Origin: Ancylonema sp.
Taxonomy: Eukaryota
Length of the DNA stretch: 20,000 nt
Direction: 5' to 3'
Assembly (NCBI GenBank): GCA_050230475.1
Contig: JBFLGF010000173.1
Span: 53,115-73,114, forward strand
The notes below the pieces were generated by a model that saw only the letters and a program-made list of their open reading frames with translations, searched no databases and had not been told where the DNA came from. Position numbers and translations under genes: made by a program. Below, piece after piece: positions 1-9,652 of the stretch (positions are counted from its first letter, which is position 1; every line of letters starts with the position of its first letter).

Positions 1-30
1 CATACATGGCAAGATTGTCCACGAGATCAC

Positions 31-600
31 ATGACCAAAGAAGAGTGGAAAAAACTAAAAGCTGGCATTCGAGTGGTTTTGCAGGGCAGAGTACCAGCAA
101 TTCACTCCACGGTCAAACCTGAAAATAGTAAACCAGTCGGAGAGCCAGACGCACGTATTACCACAAATTGGACGGTGCCTGTGATTGAGAAATACAAACA
201 AATCTTCTTCTTCGAAGGAGTCGAGCCAACGGGAGATATAGTGCTCGATAGTGGGTCAGGAGATTGCATGATCAGCGTCACCATGGCAAAACAACTCGGC
301 ATCACCAAGGCAGATTTAGATATTGGCGAGGAATATCTCGCCTCTTCGGGACAAGCCAACACATCATTGGGTGTAACCAAACGATATTATGAGATCACCA
401 TTGGACAAGGCAAGTTCAAATCCACACTTCCGGTCCGTCTCACCTTGTCACCCTCAGACAAGTACTCGATTCTTTTTGGCAATAATTGCATTAATCCCAT
501 TGGCGGGATCGTCGATAGTTGGGGACATAGATTCCACAATCGAGTGGACTTGAAAGTCAAAGGTGACAGAATGGTGTTCGTTCCTATCATCACTCATGGG
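31..600 (+). pseudogene. Retroviral-type aspartic protease domain of the gypsy element
   Basis: LDSGS catalytic motif (D at 247-249) preceded by hydrophobic residues, followed by 'ISVTMAKQLGI' and later 'ILFGNN', typical of retropepsin-like domains. Confidence 0.75.
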
Positions 601-778
601 CTCAACGCAACTAAAAAGTTCAACCTCGATACCTTTGAGGTGGCCTACATGAACCAGGGAATTTCAGCAGACACCACATACACCACCATGGACACCTTTC
701 TTAAGAACGAAACCATGTTCGCCACAAACGAGGATGAAGATATTCTTGCAAATTTCGAATTCATGGTGTCACAAGAGG

Positions 779-1245
779 GATATGAGAAATGTTTATCTCG
801 GCAGGTTTATCGCAGAAAAAGGACCTATCGATTTTATTTTTGCAAGGTGGGAGTGCCAAATGGTCAGCAAAGCAGGAAACTAGCAGGGATATACGGACGA
901 ACAATTCCCGTACTTCTTCGATCTGATCCGCTTCATTAACCCACCTGATCAAAGTCCAGCCTTACCCACCCATCTTCGTATTGGAGAACTCTTACCCTTT
1001 TGACGACTTTCCGAAAGGAATCCAAGACACGACAGTCCTCGTCAAGTCATTTCTCGGATACCCAGCAGTTTTCGATGCATGTAGTGTTGGCACTAACGCT
1101 CACAGATTACGATGCCTCTCGACGAATTTCATACCACCTCATATCCTAGAATTGGAAATTCCCGCGGTTCCATTGAAATCCTTGGCCAAAATTCTGGACA
1201 AGAACCATCGACCCACAAGTGTCACCACCAATGACACACCACCCC
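779..1245 (+). pseudogene. Remnant C5 cytosine DNA methyltransferase domain inside retrotransposon pol
   Basis: Manual translation from 779: DMRNVYLGRFIAEKGPIDFIFARWECQMVSKAGN*QGYTDEQFPYFFDLIRFIN (motif IV-like, Cys at 854-856, stop at 881-883). After a +1 frameshift near 940: HLIKVQPYPPIFVLENSYP (motif VI EN) ... FDACSVGTNAHRLRCLSTN (motif VIII RxR). Motif I (FxGxG) and motifs IX/X not found. Confidence 0.8.
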
Positions 1246-1718
1246 GCGCGTCGGGGGGGGGGCACCTATCATACCCCCGAGCAGTATCATACATTGCTTT
1301 ATGACACCAAGGAGCACGAATTCTACGAAAACCACGAATCAGCAGTCACCGTGGATTTTGCTCAACAACAATATCTGAACGGTGCCATTCCTTTCACCAA
1401 GGAATTGCTTGCAGCCACGGAAGGTAATTTATCGGAGATTGAGAACGACCTTGTTTATCGTCCCGAAGAATTACCACCAACCACAGCAGAGACAAAGTTT
1501 CAATGGAAGATCGGTGACCATCTCACTAGAAAAGGCAGAAGTTTTAGCATTGCTTGAATCCAATCGATATTACCTCGCATTTAGTCTTGAAGAATTGGGA
1601 ACTTCTAAAAATACACCTATGGAGTTACCCCTCAACACCACTGGTTCTATTTTCTAAGGATCTCACAAGCTCAGTCAGACAGAATGGGACTTCGTGGAAT
1701 CCAATTGTAAACAAACTT

Positions 1719-1901
1719 CATGGCGAGTTTCTGCAGAAAAAAATTATTTTTCCGATATTTTTCGTGCCAAATAACCCCTCAAAAATACGTTCAAGTGAAA
1801 AAAAACCAGAAATCCTCCGGTTCCGAACCGCGGCCACTTTTGTCGGAACCGGTTCCATCTAAGATCCGGTTCGGAAACGGTTCGGAGTTCGTGCAACTAT
1901 G
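1719..1901 (-). mobile_element. Inverted partial copy of the left end of the 2026-2992 element
   Basis: 1719-1901 is the imperfect reverse complement of 2026-2204. It ends in GTTCGTGCAACTATG and is rich in GAACCG/CGGTTC subterminal motifs. Confidence 0.75.
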
Positions 1902-2025
1902 CTTAATACTCCCTACTCATACTCCATCACTACCTACTCTTCACCACTCCGGTATGATAGTTTGTCTACACGGCCGTCATTTGGAGCCAAAACATCCTCC
2001 GCCTCTTTCACCGGAGGGTTCCACC

Positions 2026-2992
2026 CATAGTTGCACGAACTCCGAACCGTTTCCGAACCAGATCTTAGATCGAACCGGTTCAGAAAAAATTGGCCGCGGT
2101 TCGGAACCGCAGGATTTAGGGAATTTTCACTTAAACGTCATTCTGAGGGGTTGTATGGCACGAAATAAATCGGGAAATAGTTTTTTTTGGTGTAACTCGT
2201 CATGCTCTTTGCAAAACAAATATTGAACAAATGATATCTATTGTAAAATATCTCAAAACGATTTACCGCATGAGTAAGTATTGTATTGTTTGGTGCATTT
2301 GTATGTTTTGCTCGCTTCTTTGTAAACTGTGTTTCTATTTATATACAAGTAGTTACATGAAATAGTCATATCTTTTTATGATCATCCTATGCTCATCTCT
2401 GTTCCATAATTTTTTCCTTATTCCGATTTCCGTATTATACTTCCATGTGAAAAAAATTCGAGAAGATGTTTTTACTCGTAATTCAATTGCAGTTGACATA
2501 TGCTTCAACCTTCCATGTATTTCTTTTTCAAATCGTGCTCTCAAAGTTCTATCACTAGAGCAAGAAGCTCTAACACTCTCAAAGCTCTATATTGACTTCA
2601 TTATTATACTCTTCTCCTATACCTTCCACATCCCTTGCTTCTTTAAAGCCGGATGTGTGTGCTAGAGTGGAAGGTCGGGTGCTGTTTTCGGCCAAGGAAA
2701 TCGCACCACGTCATGGCATGACGCGAGCGAAAGCAAATCAAAAATTTCAATGGCCGCGCCATACTGTCCCGATGTAACATTTAACAATTTTTGCGTATTT
2801 AAGTGATGTGAAGTCACCAACATGAAGATGTACAACGTTATATTTTCTCTGCGTACATTATATGGGAGGGAAAAAATGTTGCACCGCGGGAAGGAGCTAA
2901 ACCCTAAAAATCACAACGTTTGTCTGGTTCGGAAACTGTTCCATCTCGGAACCGGTTCCCCAAAAAAAAATCTGCCGGTTCGTGGAACTATG
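2026..2992. mobile_element. Non-autonomous hAT-like DNA element with CATAGTT termini
   Basis: TIRs CATAGTTGCACGAAC (2026-2040) / GTTCGTGGAACTATG (2978-2992), 1 mismatch. GAACC/GGTTC repeats cluster at both ends around an AT-rich non-coding interior. No TSD visible. Confidence 0.55.
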
Positions 2993-3587
2993 ATAGTAAG
3001 TGAAGATATTTGCATTTTTACACGCATGTTGCGGTTATTCGGTTGTAACATACTTTTCGGGATTTTGAAAGGTGTATCGGAAATAAAAAATCTCGTAAAC
3101 TCTATGTTGTTTATCATGTTTGCTTGTGCATGGTGCAAAAATGAAAGAAAATTGTACACCTTCATAATTTCCCGACATGTCGATTTCCCCCCGAAAAGCA
3201 ACAAAAGACGATCGATTGGGTCGCTACCAGACCACGATTGAACTTGGTCGACCGAGATCCAGCCACATGTATTTTGAGCAAAAAACGAATAAAATCGATT
3301 TTATGATGTTGACCCACTACGCTAAATTTTGGAATGTATGGCGTGACCCAACCCCAAAAAATAAATTATTTAATTCGACCCGATCCACCCTTTAAATAAT
3401 TGTCTGCGGATCAATATGTATGGCCAGTACGGTATTGAAAAAATCGTGAGTAGTTCCGAAACAAGCATCGGATGGTATGTCTTATCCGTGCCTTTCAACA
3501 ATATCCGTTGGGTCTTAACGATATAACAACTTTGATCACTTTTTTTGCTAGCAAGCCTAACTTCAGATTGGAACCTTATATTTCAAC

Positions 3588-3822
3588 CATAGTTGGGCAC
3601 ATGTGCGCATCGCGCACATGTTCCCAACATGTACGCATCGCGCACCTTGTGGAAAAATCCACATTTGGAATTTTGACTAAGGTAAAAGCCGCCGCTTCTA
3701 GTAGCTCATAGTAGCCGCAATTTTTCAATGTATTCTTCCTAGTTGGGCGCACACATGTGCGCGAGATTGAGCGCACATGTTCCGAATATGTGCGCAATTT
3801 TAGTTGTGCGTGCCCAACTATA
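3588..3822. mobile_element. hAT-like MITE (~235 bp) with degenerate 8-bp TSD
   Basis: TIR CATAGTTGGGCAC / GTGCCCAACTATA. Flanks ATTTCAAC (3580-3587) and GTTTCAGC (3823-3830) match 6/8, both differences transitions. Internal GCGCACATGT-type repeats. Confidence 0.65.
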
Positions 3823-4455
3823 GTTTCAGCCGTAGTTGGCCGCATACTGTTAGTGGCGGATGCAAAAACGTCCCTAGCAAGCAAGTTGCAAAATGCACAC
3901 AAGCAACACGATGGCGAAAGGCCGGATAGGACAAGATGGCATGAGCTGGATGGAAGGGCTGTATTGGTATGATGACAACTCAAGATGAGTGCATGTACAT
4001 GAGTTGATAGGAATGCTGACGTGCTGTTTGAAGTCGGCCGCCCGGAATGATGTTCTCAATACTCTGTCACAATTGTAATCGAATGTTTCTCAGAATGATG
4101 CATGTGATAATGCTCGTGGTAGTGTAGCGATGATGTCGACTCGGTTGGTATCGATGATGTTCGTAGGTGGTAGAAGGGTCTCTGGTGGACTTAGTGATTC
4201 GGTTGCTCTCACTGAGTTGTATTGCAGATTGAGTCTGTGCTGAGATGTCAATATTATATATATCACACGTCTCAGCGGTCTGGTGAAATTCACTACTTAA
4301 CACTGAGGGCAAGCTAACAAATAGTTTACAATAGAAAAGTGTGAGAAATTAATGTAAAACAAACAAGAAAGTCTGGTGGAGACTATCAAGGTTAACAACT
4401 GTAAGAGTTACTTTCGGTGCGAAAGCAAAGTATCGACGGCGCGTCGATAAAAAAT

Positions 4456-4688
4456 GCTGGATCAGAAAGAGCGTCAGCACACAGGTATAAACAACAGATG
4501 CTGGCTTGGAGCGAGCGACATCAAACACACACACACACACAAATGAAATTGCCGGTTCGGAGCGAACGCAGGCAAATCGACAAATGCTTTACACACACAC
4601 GCACGCTTGCTGGCTCAGAGAGAGCGTCAACGAATCGATGTAAGAAATTACAGTCGATAGCAAGGCTGGCTCAGTAAGAGCGTCAGCA
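4456..4688 (+). repeat. Degenerate interspersed repeats, consensus GCTGGCTCAGnnAGAGCGTCA, with (CA)n runs in some spacers
   Basis: Copies begin at 4456, 4500, 4551 (weak), 4609 and 4665. Confidence 0.65.
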
Positions 4689-5359
4689 ACAGATTTAGAT
4701 GAATCACGAATACACACACACATAGATTTCAAAGAATGAATTGCAAACTTACCGTCTGGCTGACGGATGTCAGGCTGAGACGAAAGACGAGCACGTTGCG
4801 AAGTCGCGAAAGCAAAGGGATGCAATATTCACACGAATTGCAAGGATTCAGATAACACACAAAAAGATGGTTGAAAGAGATTTCTTAACAGCGCACTCTA
4901 ATAGCGGAAGCTGGCAGATCTGAAAGTACAATTGACCTTTATCTCAAAGTTTGTTGCGCGGTGCTAACCAACATAGTTAACGAGAGTGAAGCTATCGAAG
5001 ATAACGACAGGCTGGCTTCTAGAACATTACAATTAATCTCGACGCTACAATGAAACGGCGCGAGACATTACTGTATTTCTACGGCTGGATTTATTCGCCG
5101 GGATTATCGACAAGTCGAAAGTGACTTGTGATTTAACAAAAATCGACACGCAGCTATTTGTTGAAGACTGCTGGATTCTAGACTTCGGAAAATACGCCCC
5201 GCGTTCTTTTCGAGTCGTACAAATTTCGTACTTCACTATTTTTCTTGTAAAGTACTAGTTTTAAAAAGTCGTTATATCGAATACTCTCGTTATAGAGGAG
5301 TATTAATCTAGAGGGGTTTCTGATCAATCTAGAGGGGTTTTGCCTTAGCGATCTCTAGC

Positions 5360-5937
5360 GTCATGACAATGCTCTAGAGGCATTTCTATCGGCTAGATAT
5401 GGGAAAGTCGGCCCTAGCCGACTCTAGGAACAATGTGGGATAACTAACTCAAAGTCGGCTAAGTACACAACAAAATCTCGCTAAAGGCACAACTGCCATG
5501 GCTAAGGACACAACATAATTCTCCCTAGGGGCCAGGTGGCCGCTAGGGACACAATCTCACTATAAAGGGGGGAAACTCGCGATACGGAAATATGTGCTAG
5601 TAGTGTTAGGACTGCCCCTCTATAGCCACTAGTGTGTCTCTAGAGTGTGCCTCCTACACCATGCTACTAGCCGTAGAGTGCTAGTAGCGACCTTGTTCTT
5701 ATAACGAGTGATTGCCCTTAGCTTTCAAGTTTACTCTTATATCGAGTTCAGCCCCTTTATAGTGAGATATCTATCCCTAGCGACTTTGCCCTTATAACGA
5801 GTGTTTGCCCTTAGCTTTCCAATTTACTCTTATATCGAGTTCTAGTTATCCCACTTGTAGTCTTGATTTAGACTTGAACCGATTTCCTATAGATAGTCCA
5901 TAAGAATGCCCTCAGAGCATTCCTATCAACTCATGTA
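5360..5937. repeat. CTAG-rich imperfect foldback with internal 65-bp direct duplication
   Basis: Inverted pairs: AATGCTCTAGAGGGCATT (~5368) / AATGCCCTCAGAGCATT (~5905); GTGGGATAACTA (~5435) / TAGTTATCCCAC (5843); CGCTAGGGA..ATCTCACTATAAAGGGG (~5541) / CCCCTTTATAGTGAGAT..TCCCTAGCG (~5752). Direct repeat 5685-5749 / 5778-5842. Confidence 0.7.
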
Positions 5938-5966
5938 CTTGCACTTCTAGTGAGTTGCCATAACCA

Positions 5967-6594
5967 ACCAAACCAACCATCCAATCCGGCGCATGCCATC
6001 ATTACCTTTCCGGCCATTTCGCCATCATAGCCTTGAGTGCACTTGTAATTGATATTGCTAGAGCCGTCCTTTTGACGCCTCTCACACTTTGATAGGAATT
6101 AAAACTTTGGAGTTCACATTAATAGACGTTCTTCATTGTGACTTCATTCTTGGAGTTTGCCTCCTTCACACCCGGTGATCGATTTTCACCATCAAAATCG
6201 GCCATTTTCGGCTTCGGCTTATGCCAGTTTCGAAAGTCACTTTAGCTTCATGGATGCTTCAAACATGCACATGTTTCCTAGCCAAGTTCTTTGTCAGAAG
6301 CTCCGGGATGTGCAAGAATGTATTGCAAAGTATGTGGACACGCGTTATGAATCGGACTCAACCAATCATTTCAATACATAGCTCCTGATGTTTGAAGCTC
6401 AATTAATGGCGGCTCTGAAGGCAAAATACAAGGGGGCGGCTGCTACTGATGCTACACCTTCTAATCCCGGTCACCTAGTGTTAGAGGCGTCAAAAGGGCG
6501 GCTCTAGCAATATCAATTGCAAGTCCACTCAAGGCTATGATGACGAAATGGCCGGAATGGTTATGATGGCATGAGCCGGATTGGTTGATTTGGT
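5967..6594. mobile_element. Long-TIR element (MULE/foldback-like): ~108-bp core arms around a 388-bp spacer
   Basis: 5981-6088 vs the reverse complement of 6477-6584 shows 8 mismatches in 108 nt by manual alignment; weaker similarity extends about 10-15 nt outward. No TSD identified. Confidence 0.75.
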
Positions 6595-8006
6595 GTTAAA
6601 CGACATTCGAGTATGTTTATGTTTGTCTTGGTGGTAGCATTTAACTATGTTTGATAGTACAAACGCAAATTGTTTTGGGTTCGGGTTCGGGTTTGGATTC
6701 GGCATCTTACGCGGACGGGTTCGGACCACCCGGATGTGAGTTGGCATGCGGTTGGCCATCCAGGCGACCAAACGGTTTGGGATAGGCGCCGCGTGGATAC
6801 GCGGTCGGCCACAGCGAGCTAGCGGGGAGGTAACAACCTCAAATTTCGCACCAACACATGTTTGGAACATGTTGATATTGGACAACGATACAAGCTCAAT
6901 GTTGCGGCAACGTTGTGGATATTGTTGCCGTGTAGTACCTTTCATACCGGCAATCGGCATTGGGCTTTTCACACATCGCTTTTTCATCGGGTCTTGTAGC
7001 ACAACAATGTTTTGGGCAGGAAGAGAAGAGATTGTTGAGGTGGCGCTTTGTAATGGGGTTGTACAAAAGTTCGTGGCCTCGCAGCTTATAACGGGCATAT
7101 ATTGGTTGGACATAGATGGTGATGTGGGTCGGGGGAATGGATGTGAAGCAACTTTACATGGCATGTCCTACGAGTGGATGTGAGTGAGGACTACTACCGG
7201 CTTCGATATTTGTAGCTCCCTCTCTCTTAAAGCGTGACAAGCGAGAAGCATCTAGACATTGCGCCATGTGAGAGGCGTCTGAGGAAGTTAGAAGGTACAC
7301 GAGGTGGCGCGGGATATGTACTATCGTATGTGCTCTCTACTTAGGCCACCTCGGGGTTGGACATGCGGGGACGGATGTGGAAGGAGGAAACGGTGGGCGA
7401 ATGAATGGAAAAAGCCAAGGTACAATGATTAGTGATTGTGGCTCTTCATGAATGGCGTCATTGATAACATGTGTTATCAGCCCAAATGCCTTCAATTACA
7501 TATTGGTGGTTCACAATTCAAAGAAATTCAGGCATTGTACAATACAACCATTCACCCGGATTTGACGGGTGTACATGAGCACTCTTGGTTGGTTACATAA
7601 ATTTACAAAAAAAGCCGAACCGGTTCCCGTCCTCTTTCACCTACTTTCAGAACCGTTGTTGAGAGGACAACATGCCTGAGTCGGTCATTTTGCATCTCCT
7701 TCTAATCCAGATTCTTCGGATGTTACCAATCTCGAAGACTACATAAACACACCAATGGCAATCAACATCAAGACGACGTGAAATCGCACACACAATGACC
7801 TAAATGAACAATTTCGAATGCATTTAATTAGAGAGATTACCGCCACCATTCATGAAGGTATGAGGTCAACAAGATTCACAAGAGGCAAGTCAACAAGAAG
7901 AGGCCTCAAAAAAAAAAAACATCATTGCGTCCCATCTCAAAACGTAGTTACCACACTGGCCATATGATTGCAATTTGTACCACCCTTAGTGGCACTCGTG
8001 ATATAT

Positions 8007-8966
8007 TTAGGTGAGCACTTGCTCCAATTCAACAACCACGTGTCCTTCAACGGGTTCGTTCTCCCCTCTCCGCTCCGACCCCTTCCAAAACCAGATCCCC
8101 CCGGTGCCAACTCTAAACTCCATCGCAAACCTTCGGATCCCTTGAAGGACACCCCTTCCCCCCATTCCGACTTCTATGTCGTCCTCTCTCTCACCACTCC
8201 TCGAGAATATACTAGACATAGATGGGAAAGAGGGGGAGGGGGAAGCCGAGGCGGAAGGGGATGGGGTCGGAGAGAGGTTATGATTTCGACCTGGACTAGG
8301 AATTCCCCATCGCTCTGTACGCTCTCTTCTCTCGCCTACCGGGTGCTTCAAAGTTTTGGGGCTTCGTATTATTTTGGGGGTCCTCGGGGAAAGATGCGAT
8401 ACAGATTTCGTCTCTCTTTGGGAAGGGCCATAGTGCTGCAGATTGGAGTCGGGTGGGAAGGAAACGGAGATGTCACCCCCCCCTTCTCCCTCATCTTCAC
8501 TTTGATTGCGAAAAGGAGAAGGCCGGTGACTCAGCTCCCCGCCAGATGGAGTTGTTGAGGGTGTTGGGAAAGGGTCTGTCGTGGGAGACTTGAGGAGGAT
8601 CTGGTCGGAGGCATCGGAAAAGTTTACTTCGGCGTCTTTAAAAACGTCCACAGGCTGCATAACGGGACAGGAGAGCCACATAAAAACAATCTGTTAGCGG
8701 TCCACATTCATGGCCACAACAGGTGGGACAGACCCCACTGTGCACAAATGGTAACCCCAGCACAGAGCCCCAGCGATTAGGTGTACTTTTGCCACAGGCC
8801 ACAGGTGACGGCTCCAGAGCGCAATGAATCATCCACTTACTCCGTATTGATGCCTGACACTTATCCCCCCCTCGCCGCACCACACGACCAGCACTCCAAC
8901 AATGACCGGGCACACGCAGCAACACGGTCCCGCTCCGCAGCACAAAATCGAACCGTATTCTGCCAT
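8007..8966 (-). CDS. Putative spliced gene or pseudogene of unknown function; exons 8966-8841 and 8654-(8007)
   Basis: ATG at 8966, 42-codon exon MAEYGSILCCGAGPCCCVCPVIVGVLVVWCG..., donor GTAAGT (8840-8835), branch-like CTAAC (~8697-8693), pyrimidine-rich acceptor TGCAG (AG ends 8655). The phase-0 join is in frame with the Ser/Pro-rich ORF 8007-8681. No recognisable domain; 3' end uncertain. Confidence 0.45.
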
Positions 8967-9074
8967 GACACCTCGCTTGTCTCGAGACTTCCACGTCTAC
9001 TCTTTTCAAATCTCGCGGCAATGTCCACCTCGATGTATCAGAGCAAAAAACTGGTGCAATTGAGAACAGATCTC

Positions 9075-9142
9075 CGAGTTCCCAGGCTATAAATAGATAT
9101 TCGAATTCCCAGGGGATAGTCGTCGAGTTCCCAGGTCACGTG
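9075..9142. promoter_or_regulatory. Candidate cis-element cluster: 3x CGA(G/A)TTCCCAGG, TATAAATA, G-box CACGTG
   Basis: Repeats at 9075, 9102 and 9124; TATAAATA 9088-9095; CACGTG 9137-9142; located 110-175 nt upstream of the putative minus-strand ATG. Confidence 0.3.
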
Positions 9143-9652
9143 CCCCACATATGACCATCAAGAAGTGACTCGTGTTTTTTACAAAGAGCTGCCACTCAAC
9201 TATTGTGTACGTCTCTCATACGTGACACACTACAGCGGAGGTTGGAGTACCTGGACCCTGCCTGAACAGTTAACATCCGACTCGAGGGCCCCCGGCCTAC
9301 AGATGTCTCATATCAGCAGACTGCAGATAGGGAGATACTTAAGTTTGTTGGCTCTCACTGCTGCAAGAAACACATATATCGCGCTGAAGTGTACTTTCGT
9401 CCAAACACACACTCGCTTCGCATTGGCTGGTCATAGTGCGGCTCAGAGCTGGTACAGACACCGTGCTTTCTGCCTACCATTTCCTACATTCGGTCCTCTC
9501 CTCCTACGTGCTTTGAAAGTATCCTGGTCTTTGAAGTCCAGAAAGCCGTGCAATCATGACGATCGACATCACCGTACAGATCTACTTGCGTCGTGGCTCA
9601 CGTGGCTGACACTAGATCGGTCATGTGGACCACATGATGTGGAATATTTGTG

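Larger units (their letters stand above)
1..1718 (+). mobile_element. Degenerate Ty3/gypsy-like LTR retrotransposon pol fragment (protease - DNMT remnant - pre-RT region), truncated at ~1718
   Basis: ORF 31-939 has a retropepsin motif IVLDSGSGDCMIS and downstream YSILFGNN. 1500-1715 reads across a frameshift and a stop as QWKIGDHL../AEVLALLESNRYYLAFSLEELG..PMELPLNTTGSIF*GSHKLSQTEWDFVESNCKQ, resembling the gypsy linker just before RT. The RT core is absent because inverted-repeat sequence begins at 1719. Confidence 0.8.

Noticed and set aside
1720..2226. 168-aa ORF
   Set aside because: Spans the inverted repeat and has no domain similarity; likely incidental.
3848..4319. Possible solo LTR (TGTTAG...CTAACA)
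   Set aside because: Flanks CATAC / AATAG match only 3/5, and no convincing PBS or polypurine tract is adjacent.
4456..4688. CRISPR-like repeat-spacer appearance
   Set aside because: Repeats are too degenerate, the period is irregular, there are no cas genes and the context is eukaryotic.
6535..7183. Overlapping 209-aa (-) and 145-aa (+) ORFs, with (GGGTTC)n at 6677-6702
   Set aside because: No recognisable motifs. The hexamer run is only about four degenerate units and is not a telomeric array.
7790..7960. FRMHLIRE peptide reminiscent of a piggyBac transposase C-terminus
   Set aside because: Too short; no catalytic core, Cys-rich domain or TTAA-bounded TIRs found.
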